Positions 17,347-25,729 of a stretch of DNA of 30,566 nt are shown here, in pieces (position 1 is the stretch's first letter; every line of letters begins with the position of its first letter). Position numbers and translations under genes: made by a program. This stretch comes from a virus (taxonomy: Duplodnaviria > Heunggongvirae > Uroviricota > Caudoviricetes): IMG/VR virus record IMGVR_UViG_2609459826_000004, positions 1 to 30,566 of that record, one strand, 5' to 3'. The notes under the pieces are model-generated. The model had not been told where the DNA came from. It was given only the letters and a program-made list of their open reading frames with translations, and ran no database searches.

Positions 17347-17425
17347 CAGGCTCCGGGAACCATCATCGACATGCCTTCTTGTTAAATCGTCCCGAGGGCC
17401 TGAACCAACTACACACGGAATAAAT

Positions 17426-17827
17426 ATGTCTGAGACCTTCACTATCGTAGGCGTTGGTCTTACATCGTCATCAGTCGGTGTAACCTTTGCCACGCTGTTT
17501 CCGGAGGCGACTCCAGCAGTGATGCTCGGTTCACTCGCCGGAACGGCGCTATACGTTCTGACCTCAGATCCCCATCAACTCTGGAAGCAGGCTATCTTTG
17601 CGCTGATATCGTTTATCAGTGGCGTGTTCTTCTCCGTCCCCATGGCGAAAATCATGGCCGGAATCATCAACACGCCGTTAAGCCTGATGAAGCCACCGGC
17701 CAGCATTGAGGTATCGCCCGCTGTCGGTGCAATTGTCACTGCTTCCATTTCCGTGGCAGTCCTGCTGCGTATTCTCCGCAAATCCAAAAGCGGGAAGATG
17801 CCGGGGCTGGGGGAGGAAGATAAATGA
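17426..17827 (+). CDS. Putative holin (multi-TM membrane protein)
   Basis: Start at internal ATG 17426, because the longer track ORF runs through the tRNA. 133 aa with several hydrophobic segments and a charged C-terminal tail (RKSKSGKMPGLGEEDK). First gene of the lysis cassette. Confidence 0.6.
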   Translation: MSETFTIVGVGLTSSSVGVTFATLFPEATPAVMLGSLAGTALYVLTSDPHQLWKQAIFALISFISGVFFSVPMAKIMAGIINTPLSLMKPPASIEVSPAVGAIVTASISVAVLLRILRKSKSGKMPGLGEEDK

Positions 17828-18099
17828 CATGGCAGCTTCTTCTGATGGATGCAAACGCCATAGTTTGCCTTTTAATCATGGTCAGGCTGATGTTTTTCCG
17901 GAAAGAGGGAAAGCGTCATCGCCTGAGTGTCGCGGTGCTGGCCTATCTGGTCATTCTTGCCGCCGGATTCAACGCCTTCAACATTCTGCTCGGCCACTAC
18001 GTACAGGTTAACCTCGGCGATCTGCTGCTTAACTCCGTCATCTGCATGGCGGTGTGGCTGGCGCGCGGAAACCTGGCGAAGGTCGTCATTACGGAATAG
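17824..18099 (+). CDS. Second holin/antiholin-like membrane protein
   Basis: 91 aa with 2-3 predicted TM helices; ATGA overlap with the upstream holin; directly precedes the endolysin. Confidence 0.5.
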   Translation: MTWQLLLMDANAIVCLLIMVRLMFFRKEGKRHRLSVAVLAYLVILAAGFNAFNILLGHYVQVNLGDLLLNSVICMAVWLARGNLAKVVITE

Positions 18100-18101
18100 C
18101 C

Positions 18102-18644
18102 ATGACCAAAGACGATATCTTTAACACCATTCTCGGCAAAGAGGGTGGTTATGTTGATCACCCGAACGATAAGGGCGGCCCAACGAACTGGGGAATTACT
18201 CAGGCAACTGCCCGCGCGCATGGTTATACCGGTGATATGCGAAACCTTACACGTGAGCAGGCTCTGGCGATCCTTGAGTCTGATTACTGGTATGGCCCGC
18301 GCTTTGACCAGGTGGCGGAAGTATCACCTTCCATTGCCGCCGAGCTTTGTGATACCGGTGTGAACATGGGGCCATCGGTGCAGGTTAAATGGTTCCAGCG
18401 CTGGCTGAACGTTTTCAATAACCAGCAGCAGTTCTATCCAGATCTGATCACCGACGGGCAAATCGGCCCACGTAGTATCAGCGCGCTAAAGTCCTACCTA
18501 GCGAAACGCGGAGCCGAAGGCGAAGGCGTATTGCTCCGAGCCCTGAACTGCAGCCAGGGCCAGCGATACCTCGAGCTGGCAGAGCAGCGCCCGGCTAACG
18601 AGTCATTCGCGTATGGCTGGATCCGGGAACGCGTAAGCCTATGA
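18102..18644 (+). CDS. Endolysin, GH108-type N-acetylmuramidase with C-terminal peptidoglycan-binding region
   Basis: Start at internal ATG 18102. N-terminal motif IFNTILGKEGGYVDHPNDKGGPTNWGIT is characteristic of glycoside hydrolase family 108 phage lysins. Lies between the holins and the spanins. Confidence 0.8.
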   Translation: MTKDDIFNTILGKEGGYVDHPNDKGGPTNWGITQATARAHGYTGDMRNLTREQALAILESDYWYGPRFDQVAEVSPSIAAELCDTGVNMGPSVQVKWFQRWLNVFNNQQQFYPDLITDGQIGPRSISALKSYLAKRGAEGEGVLLRALNCSQGQRYLELAEQRPANESFAYGWIRERVSL

Positions 18645-18913
18645 CCAAACTGAAAGCCATCCTGGCGTTTATCATCACTGCTGTGTTGGTGGTTCTGGGC
18701 GCTTTTGGCCTCGGCAGCATGCGTGGACGGGAGAAGGCCGAAACCAAAGCCGATAAGCAGCGAACCGACGAGAACGCCGCAGCCACCAAAGCAGCTGCAG
18801 AACGACGCGTTGAAGTAACCAAGGAGGCCAGCAATGTTCAGCAGACAGTTAGCCATATGCCTGATGACGATGTTGATCGTGAGCTGCGCGCAAACTGGAC
18901 CCGCAAAGGTTGA
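18641..18913 (+). CDS. Rz: i-spanin (Rz-like)
   Basis: 90 aa with N-terminal TM helix (LKAILAFIITAVLVVLGAFGL) and charged coiled-coil remainder; ATGA-coupled to the endolysin. Confidence 0.7.
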   Translation: MTKLKAILAFIITAVLVVLGAFGLGSMRGREKAETKADKQRTDENAAATKAAAERRVEVTKEASNVQQTVSHMPDDDVDRELRANWTRKG

Positions 18914-19079
18914 GGTAATCGACACCGGCTGCGACTGGGTCAACGTCATTCGCCTCACTGAGCACGACATCGAAGTGATGGATCGCCAGACGAAGAAAGA
19001 TGTGCTGGCACATAACAAATCGGTGCAGGCGAACTGCCAACCGAGTGAATACCGGGCCTTACAAACGCGGCCTGAGTGA
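18834..19079 (+). CDS. Rz1: o-spanin (Rz1-like lipoprotein)
   Basis: 81 aa. Lipoprotein signal with lipobox IVSC; starts within the 3' end of Rz in another frame (overlapped architecture). Confidence 0.7.
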   Translation: MFSRQLAICLMTMLIVSCAQTGPAKVEVIDTGCDWVNVIRLTEHDIEVMDRQTKKDVLAHNKSVQANCQPSEYRALQTRPE

Positions 19080-19110
19080 AACAGAAACAATAAAGCGAGG
19101 TGCTTTCCCC

Positions 19111-19290
19111 ATGAAAAAAGAAGACCGTGGTTTTATCTCGGTTACTAACTCAATCAGCGAAGTAAAAAACCTCTTCCTGGGAAATGAAATCCCGCAAGAA
19201 GGTGAGGTGCTTGAACTGGTGGTTGTCAAAAGCGAAACCACCGATGACTCATGTGCATTGGTGCTTAAGCTGCGTTCAGTTCAAAAATAA
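19111..19290 (+). CDS. Small hypothetical protein (59 aa), first ORF of the cargo island
   Basis: Start at internal ATG 19111 with GAGG upstream; no signal peptide; lies in the AT-richer segment. Confidence 0.35.
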   Translation: MKKEDRGFISVTNSISEVKNLFLGNEIPQEGEVLELVVVKSETTDDSCALVLKLRSVQK

Positions 19291-19402
19291 GACGAACTGA
19301 TTGACAAATTGAGTATTTCACGTGTGAATTGATGTAACTCATCGATTACTCTGGTGTATGAATTCATTATGAATTTCCACTCATCAGTATCGGAGAATAT
19401 CG

Positions 19403-20143
19403 ATGCATCAACACATAGCAAACGCCACGTTTCAGGTCATCGCAGGTGACTCAAGTGGCAGTGGTTTTAGCTTCATCCGTGAAGATTTAGTTGTCACTAA
19501 TTACCATGTTATAGAGTCATGCTTTAATCTAGAAACCAGAAGTCAAACCCATAGCATCATCCTGAAAACGGAAGCTAATGAGCAAATTGCAGCTGGGATT
19601 GTCTACTTTGACCACGGTAATGATTTTGTCATCATGAAACTGCTTTCAGCACTGCCCACAGGTAGAGTTGTTCTTCAGCCTTCCGTTGGTTTTTCACCCA
19701 CCAGAGGCAAAAAAATTATCTTTGCCGGTTATCCACACGGAATACCGCAGTTGCTGACAAATGAAGCAATTATCTCAGCACCTATGGAGTTAGGCAGATT
19801 CGCAATTGATGGTATGGTCAATGGTGGTAATTCTGGCGGGCCAATTATAGATCGAGCCTCTGGCGAACTGGTGGGTGTCGTCACTCGGCGTAGATATCTT
19901 ATGGGCGATCAAGCTGATGCTTTCAGTGAGGAGATTGAAAATTTGCGCCAATATCTTGCTGCAGCAAGCCAACATGGAAGTGTAGCAATAATGGGTGTCA
20001 ATTTCGGCCAGATGGCAGATATGTTCGGTAGATCGCTACAGATAGTTTCAGATATGATGTTGCTTAACGCTAATTCTGGCATCGGAATAGGATTCTCAAT
20101 GCAGCCTATCATTGACGCCCTTAGCACCATCCCAACAGAATAA
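19403..20143 (+). CDS. Trypsin/HtrA-like (S1 family) serine protease, predicted cytoplasmic, no PDZ domain
   Basis: 246 aa. Catalytic triad in canonical order and spacing: His35 (TNYHV), Asp74 (NDFVIMKL), Ser144 (GNSGGP). No N-terminal signal peptide or TM segment; C-terminal extension of about 95 aa of unknown function. GGAGA RBS 6 nt upstream. Lower GC than the flanking phage genes by eye. Confidence 0.8.
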   Translation: MHQHIANATFQVIAGDSSGSGFSFIREDLVVTNYHVIESCFNLETRSQTHSIILKTEANEQIAAGIVYFDHGNDFVIMKLLSALPTGRVVLQPSVGFSPTRGKKIIFAGYPHGIPQLLTNEAIISAPMELGRFAIDGMVNGGNSGGPIIDRASGELVGVVTRRRYLMGDQADAFSEEIENLRQYLAAASQHGSVAIMGVNFGQMADMFGRSLQIVSDMMLLNANSGIGIGFSMQPIIDALSTIPTE

Positions 20144-20171
20144 ACGTTCATCATGTGAGCGGTCACAAGAT

Positions 20172-20195
20172 AAAGCCTCGCATCAACGAGGCTTT
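20172..20195. terminator. Hairpin between convergent genes (candidate bidirectional terminator)
   Basis: Perfect 9-bp stem AAAGCCTCG / CGAGGCTTT with loop CATCAA, between the protease stop and the stop of the convergent minus-strand ORF. Confidence 0.45.
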
Positions 20196-20222
20196 AGGAC
20201 AAATTCAGGGGAATTCATATCC

Positions 20223-20657
20223 TTAATCTTTTATTACTTCAAATTCTATCGTATCCCCCAAGGACTCCGTCATTACAGCGCACTTTATGACTGTAGTGCG
20301 CGAATTGGCTTCATTATCTACGAGTGCCTTTCGGAATATCGCTGAAAACTTGCTGATCACGTCATTTCTTTGATCTCTAAAATTCGATCCTTCAATACGG
20401 ATCAAGCCTTTGATGGCCGTTTCTAAGTCTTCTAGCTTTTGCCAATAAGTGAATGGTCTTGCTGCATTCTCGCTAAAAGTCTCCAGTTCACTCAATTTCT
20501 TAAGCTTGCCGATGTCGACGCGAACAGCATCGGATATTTCTTTCGCTCTATGAGTATTCCCAACTTTGTTTACAGAGTATGTAAGTAAAAAGTATTCATG
20601 CAGCATCATTTGTTCCATTAATGAGATTGATACTAAAAAATTGGGACAAAAAGTCAT
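20223..20657 (-). CDS. Hypothetical protein convergent with the protease gene
   Basis: 144-aa ORF in AT-rich DNA, where long chance ORFs are unlikely. No clear SD; alternative starts at Met14 or Met17. No domain recognised. Confidence 0.5.
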   Translation of the reverse strand: MTFCPNFLVSISLMEQMMLHEYFLLTYSVNKVGNTHRAKEISDAVRVDIGKLKKLSELETFSENAARPFTYWQKLEDLETAIKGLIRIEGSNFRDQRNDVISKFSAIFRKALVDNEANSRTTVIKCAVMTESLGDTIEFEVIKD

Positions 20658-20735
20658 TATTCAATAGTAAGTTAAAAATTTTTCCAGCCATTTAAATCGG
20701 CGGATCGCTAAAGTCTTATCTATAGGAGCAGTATC

Positions 20736-21338
20736 ATGAGCAAACCGGACTGGGAGGCTATTGAATCGGCTTACCGGGCCGGAGTGATGTCCCTTCGCGA
20801 AATAGCATCGCAGCATGGCATCAGCGAAGGTGCTATCCGTAAGCGTGCCAAGCGTGATGAATGGTCACGTGACCTCAACGCGAAGGTGAAAGAGCGCGCT
20901 GACGATCTGGTACGCAAAGCCGAGGTACGCAAGCAGGTACGCAGCGAAACGGTACTTTCTGAGCGCGTACTAATCGAGGCCACTGCCGAGGTAATTGCCA
21001 CAGTACGCATGGAGCACCGCGGCGACATCCGCCGGGCGAGGACTCTTGCGAACGCACTGTTTGATGAGCTCGAGGCTGAGTGCGCAGACGTTGAGGCGCT
21101 GCGTACCTTGGGCCAAATGATGCTGTGTCCAGATGAGAACGGGCGTGACCGGCTGAACGAGCTTTACCATGCCATCATCAGCATGCCCGAGCGCGTGAAG
21201 TCGATGAAAGCGCTGAGCGAGACGTTGAAGAATCTGATTGGCCTCGAGCGGCAGGCCTACAGCATGGACGAAGGCGAAAAAGATAAGGTCGTTGACGCGC
21301 TGTCTGACCTGATGGATTCGCTCTCTCAGGGGGCGTAA
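20736..21338 (+). CDS. terS: Terminase small subunit
   Basis: 200 aa. N-terminal HTH-like segment (MSLREIASQHGISEGAIRKRAKRDEW), acidic C-terminus; immediately precedes and overlaps terL by 1 nt; GGAG RBS. Confidence 0.65.
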   Translation: MSKPDWEAIESAYRAGVMSLREIASQHGISEGAIRKRAKRDEWSRDLNAKVKERADDLVRKAEVRKQVRSETVLSERVLIEATAEVIATVRMEHRGDIRRARTLANALFDELEAECADVEALRTLGQMMLCPDENGRDRLNELYHAIISMPERVKSMKALSETLKNLIGLERQAYSMDEGEKDKVVDALSDLMDSLSQGA

Positions 21339-22810
21339 TGAAACCTGAGCACCTCAAGCTTCTGGCTGATAAAGACTGGCGGCTGAACAATCTCTACTGG
21401 ATCACTGACAAAGAGGGTAAGCCCACGCGCTTCAGGATGACGCCTGAGCAGCGGGAATATTTCGAGGGGATCCATACCCGCAACATCATCCTGAAAGCCC
21501 GGCAGCTCGGTTTCACCACCGAGGTGTGCATCATCCAGCTGGACGCGGCGCTGTTCGAGTCGGCGAAGTGCGCGCTGATTGCCCACACCCTGAACGACGC
21601 CAAGCGCCTGTTCCGTGAAAAGGTGAAGTACGCCTACGACAAGCTGCCCAAAGAAATCAGGGCTGCGAACCCGGCAAGTAACGACTCTTCTGGTGAGCTG
21701 GTGTTTAAAAAGGGCGGATCGCTCTACGTCAGCACCTCATTTCGTGGTGGTACGCTGCGTTACCTGCATGTTTCCGAGTTCGGCAAGATATGCGCCAAGT
21801 ATCCGGACAAAGCTCGTGAGATCGTCACTGGTGCGTTTGAAGCGGTGTCGACAGGATGCTTCGCCACTATTGAGAGTACGGCGGAGGGCCGGGCGGGATA
21901 CTTCTTCGATTACTGCCAGACCGCCGAGAGAGCATTGCTTCAGGGCAAACCGCTATCCGCGCTGGACTGGAAGTTTTTCTTCTTCTCATGGTGGAAGAAT
22001 CCGCAGTACGCAATCGACCCGTTAGAGCCGCTACCGCAGCGTCTGGTTGATTACTTCGCCGAGATGAAGGCTAAGCACGGAGTTGTCGTAAACAACCGCC
22101 AGAAGGCCTGGTACTACGCCAAAGAGAAAACGCTCGGCGACGACATGAAGCGCGAGTACCCGACCATCCCGGCCGAGGCATTCCAGCAGTCGGTCGAAGG
22201 CGCGTACTACGCCAAGCAGTTCCGCTGGCTCTACACCAATAAGCGGATCGGCCAGATTCCGGATAACTCACACCTCCCGGTTCACACGTTCTGGGATATC
22301 GGCGTGGGCGACTCCACGGCTATCTGGTTCGTTCGTGAGGTTGGCGAAGAGTTCCACATCATCGACTACTACGAAAACTCAGGCGAGGGCCTGCGGCACT
22401 ACATGAAGGTGCTGAAAGACCGCGGGTATACCTACGGTGAGCACTGGGGGCCGCACGATATCGAGAACCGCGAGTTTGCCGCTGATGCGAAATCCCGCAA
22501 AGAGCTGGCGCGCGAAGGTTACGAAATCGATGGTCAGATGTACTCGCTGAATTTCAAAGTGGTGCCGAAAGCCGGCATCGATACCGGCATCGAGTCGGCG
22601 CGTGAAATCCTCCCGAAATGCGTATTCGACGAGGAGAAATGCTCGGAAGGCATCTCTCACCTTGAGGGCTACCGGAAAGAGTGGGACGACAAACGCGGCT
22701 GCTGGAAAGACAAACCTCTCCATGACGCCACCTCACACGGTGCTGACGGCTTCCGTTACTTCGCAGTGACGAAGAACAACCGCAAGCAGGTCGGCGCAGT
22801 ATTCTTCTAA
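21338..22810 (+). CDS. terL: Terminase large subunit
   Basis: 490-aa ORF in canonical position (terS - terL - portal); size and composition fit an ATPase + nuclease two-domain terminase. Confidence 0.85.
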   Translation: MKPEHLKLLADKDWRLNNLYWITDKEGKPTRFRMTPEQREYFEGIHTRNIILKARQLGFTTEVCIIQLDAALFESAKCALIAHTLNDAKRLFREKVKYAYDKLPKEIRAANPASNDSSGELVFKKGGSLYVSTSFRGGTLRYLHVSEFGKICAKYPDKAREIVTGAFEAVSTGCFATIESTAEGRAGYFFDYCQTAERALLQGKPLSALDWKFFFFSWWKNPQYAIDPLEPLPQRLVDYFAEMKAKHGVVVNNRQKAWYYAKEKTLGDDMKREYPTIPAEAFQQSVEGAYYAKQFRWLYTNKRIGQIPDNSHLPVHTFWDIGVGDSTAIWFVREVGEEFHIIDYYENSGEGLRHYMKVLKDRGYTYGEHWGPHDIENREFAADAKSRKELAREGYEIDGQMYSLNFKVVPKAGIDTGIESAREILPKCVFDEEKCSEGISHLEGYRKEWDDKRGCWKDKPLHDATSHGADGFRYFAVTKNNRKQVGAVFF

Positions 22811-22822
22811 GGAGCATCGCCA

Positions 22823-24292
22823 GTGAGCGAACAAGATAACGGCCTCAAACTGGCTGTGAACAACCTCGCCACTGAAATGAGGCGAGCGAATTACCTGAAT
22901 GCCATCGGCATTGGGGGCGGCAACACGAAGCGCCCGACGCTCTATCAGGAGTTTGGCTACCCGCGCACGATCACGTTCAACGACTTCTACAACATGTACC
23001 GCCGCAATGCCGCCGGGTTCGCTGTGGTGCACCGCCTGCTGGATGGGTGCTGGCAGGATTACCCGGTCATCATCGACGGTGACGAGACGGAAGAAGCGAA
23101 AGAGACCAATCAGTGGGAAAAGAAAGTCACCCGCTTCATGAAAAAGCTGTGGTCGAAGGTTAAAGACGCCGATCGCCGCAATATGGTTGGACGTTACTCC
23201 GCTCTGTTGTTGCAGGTGAAAGACAATAACCCCTGGAGCGAGCCAGTCGACATCAAGCTGGTGAAATCCCTCGGTGAGTCTGCGCTGGTGAAGCTGATCC
23301 CGGTATGGGAGCCGCAACTAACCGTCGCTGACTGGGATAACGACCGCCTCTCGTCCACCTTCGGCCAGCCGTTGATGTTCAACTTCAACGAACAGCCGGT
23401 GGGCGATGACCAATTTGTCGGGCCGATGCGAGGTGAGCCTGTGCACCCAAGCCGGGTGATCCTTTTCTGTGAAGGTTCAGAGGATGAAAATGTCCTGTCT
23501 GGCATCCCGCTGCTTGAGGCCGGCTATAACAAAGGACTGGACCTCGAAAAAGTATCAGGTGGCGGAGCCGAGGGTTTCCTGAAGAACGCCAGCCGCCAGA
23601 TCGCGGTTGAGTTCAGCAAAGATACGGACATGGCCACACTTGCCAGCCAGGCAAAGGCAGCTGGTTATGACGATCTCGGCCAGGCGATGGGCGACAAGGT
23701 CAACAAACTGAACCGCGGGACCGACGCCGCCGCTGTCATGCAGGCCGGGCAGATGCGGGTGCTCAGCGTGACGCCGGGTGACCCGGGGCCGACGTGGGAG
23801 GTTACTGCGAACGAACTGGCCGCCTCCGTGCAGATCCCATTCACCATCCTGTTTGGGCAACAGACCGGACGCCTGGCGAGCGACGAGGACAAAACCGACT
23901 GGGCCATTCGGCGCAACACGCGACGTAACACTTTCCTGACCGACCGAATCACCGCGCTACTCGAGCGCTTCTGGACGCTGGGCATCATTGACCCGCCAAC
24001 AAATGGCGAAGTCACTATCCAGTGGAGCGATCTGCTGGCGCCCGGCGAGAAAGAGAAAATCGAGAACATGTCCAAGCTGGCTGATGTCGTCCAGAAAACA
24101 ACTGGCATGTATGGCGGTGAAGCGCCGTTGACTATCAACGAACTGCGACAGGTAATCGGGCTTGAGCCATTACCTGAGCCCAAAGAACCGCCGAACCCGG
24201 ACGATAAGGTGACAACCGATGATCCACTGGCCGATGACACCCGAACAGAAGGAGAAGGTGGGCCTGCCGATAGTTCCGCGCAGCAAGGTTGA
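22823..24292 (+). CDS. Portal protein
   Basis: 489-aa ORF with GTG start and AAGGAG RBS, directly after terL; acidic C-terminal tail. Confidence 0.75.
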   Translation: MSEQDNGLKLAVNNLATEMRRANYLNAIGIGGGNTKRPTLYQEFGYPRTITFNDFYNMYRRNAAGFAVVHRLLDGCWQDYPVIIDGDETEEAKETNQWEKKVTRFMKKLWSKVKDADRRNMVGRYSALLLQVKDNNPWSEPVDIKLVKSLGESALVKLIPVWEPQLTVADWDNDRLSSTFGQPLMFNFNEQPVGDDQFVGPMRGEPVHPSRVILFCEGSEDENVLSGIPLLEAGYNKGLDLEKVSGGGAEGFLKNASRQIAVEFSKDTDMATLASQAKAAGYDDLGQAMGDKVNKLNRGTDAAAVMQAGQMRVLSVTPGDPGPTWEVTANELAASVQIPFTILFGQQTGRLASDEDKTDWAIRRNTRRNTFLTDRITALLERFWTLGIIDPPTNGEVTIQWSDLLAPGEKEKIENMSKLADVVQKTTGMYGGEAPLTINELRQVIGLEPLPEPKEPPNPDDKVTTDDPLADDTRTEGEGGPADSSAQQG

Positions 24293-25217
24293 CCCGACGC
24301 GATCGGCAAAACAGGTCAGCGCGATGTTCCGGGATATCGAAGAGCGTTATCTCGGCATTAAGCGCGCCATTAAAGTCCTGTTCGACCAGCGCCTGACCGG
24401 GCGAGAGCGAGATGTTAACAGCCACAACTGGCACTTCCTGTGTCACGTCAACGGTGAAGATCAGAGGCTCTACCAGGTCAACGCTGGGAAGTTCATCTAC
24501 GACATGACGCCGCAGGAACTGGCGGAGCTGCTGGAGGCTGTGCAGGGCATCCTGGATGACTATCTGCTGGACGGTGGGGAGAACAATCAGTGGGCGATGG
24601 ATTACATCGTCGCTGAGGCGCAGCGCGGCACGCTGGAGGCGTTTAACAACCTATCGCAGCAGTCGCAGGTATACGCCAACCAGACGACGCTACAGCAGCT
24701 TTTAAGCAGCCCCGGTTATCAAAACCAGATTGCCTCCGCCAGGCTGACAACGTTCAGCGACTGGAAGGCTATTAGCGATGCCGCCCGGGCAGACCTGACA
24801 GGCATTATCGCCGACGCGGTGGCACGTGGGGTTAACCCGAGGGAAACGGCCAGCGTTATCAGTAAGCGCCTTGACGTGTCGATGAGCCGGGCAAAGTCGA
24901 TTGCCCAGACCGAACAGGTCGGCGCGCTGCGGCGGGCGCAATGGAACGAAACGGACTGGGCAGCTGACCGGCTGGGGCTGAATACCGGTCTTCTGTGGCT
25001 GTCAGCGCTCAAGCCAACGACGCGCAGCTGGCACGCCAGCCGTCATGGCAAGGTTTACACAACCGAAGAGGTGCGAGACTTCTACGCTGTAAACGGGAAC
25101 CGGTACAACTGCTACTGCAGCCAGATCCCAGTGCTGCTCAGTGACGACGGCAGCATTTTCAATGAAGGGCTGGGAGATAAGCTGGCGAAAGAACGCAAGC
25201 AGTGGCAATCTGGATGA
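24219..25217 (+). CDS. Head morphogenesis protein (Mu F-like minor head protein)
   Basis: 332 aa. C-terminal motif ...SWHASRHGKVYTTEEV...YNCYCS typical of Mu-F/SPP1-gp7-like proteins. Start uncertain: the first in-frame ATG overlaps the portal by 74 nt; an internal ATG near 24324 is an alternative. Confidence 0.7.
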   Translation: MIHWPMTPEQKEKVGLPIVPRSKVDPTRSAKQVSAMFRDIEERYLGIKRAIKVLFDQRLTGRERDVNSHNWHFLCHVNGEDQRLYQVNAGKFIYDMTPQELAELLEAVQGILDDYLLDGGENNQWAMDYIVAEAQRGTLEAFNNLSQQSQVYANQTTLQQLLSSPGYQNQIASARLTTFSDWKAISDAARADLTGIIADAVARGVNPRETASVISKRLDVSMSRAKSIAQTEQVGALRRAQWNETDWAADRLGLNTGLLWLSALKPTTRSWHASRHGKVYTTEEVRDFYAVNGNRYNCYCSQIPVLLSDDGSIFNEGLGDKLAKERKQWQSG

Positions 25218-25242
25218 GGAGTACACATAACGGAGTAACCTC

Positions 25243-25668
25243 ATGGAAAATCAAGTAGAAAAAGAAATTTCAGAAGCTCAATCACATGGTCTTGTTGATG
25301 CGTCAATCTTGCACTTAGTTCTCTGCGCAAATTGCGGTTTGGGGGTTGATGTTACGATCGTTACTGGGGGGCAAGTTATTGCCGGAGAGTTAGTCTCGGG
25401 TAAGATTTTCGCTGAGACAACCGCAGCTAACTATCGTAATGCTAATGCTGCAGAAGAGTACCGAGAGTTGCTTGCGAAATTCTTCGACGATTTAGCCCTT
25501 GATTACAACACAGAGAATGGCAATAAAATCCCGCTAAATTATTTACATATCAAAAACCCGGCATATCTAAAAGGTGATGGTAGCTGGTTTACAATTACTG
25601 ACTCAATCATCAGAGTTGACATAAGCAAGGTTGACGGATTTTCCCCTGGGAAGACCAAGACGATTTAA
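25243..25668 (+). CDS. Hypothetical moron protein inserted in the head module
   Basis: 141-aa ORF with GGAG RBS in an AT-richer segment between the MuF-like gene and the scaffold-like gene; followed by its own intrinsic terminator. No domain recognised. Confidence 0.6.
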   Translation: MENQVEKEISEAQSHGLVDASILHLVLCANCGLGVDVTIVTGGQVIAGELVSGKIFAETTAANYRNANAAEEYRELLAKFFDDLALDYNTENGNKIPLNYLHIKNPAYLKGDGSWFTITDSIIRVDISKVDGFSPGKTKTI

Positions 25669-25676
25669 ATTAACAA

Positions 25677-25698
25677 GGTCGCTTCAGCGGCCTTTTTT
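25677..25698 (+). terminator. Intrinsic terminator after the head-module moron
   Basis: Hairpin GGTCGC / GCGGCC (one G-U pair, loop TTCA) followed by a T-run of 6. Confidence 0.55.
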
Positions 25699-25729
25699 AT
25701 TGCCTGAAATCTACAAATGAGGACGCAAC

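Noticed and set aside
17138-17827. 229-aa track ORF spanning the tRNA and terminator region
   Set aside because: The N-terminal part runs through the tRNA-Arg gene and the second terminator. The real gene is the holin starting at the internal ATG 17426.
20112-20345. 77-aa plus-strand ORF overlapping the protease 3' end and the convergent gene
   Set aside because: Low-complexity translation and overlap with two better-supported genes; likely spurious.
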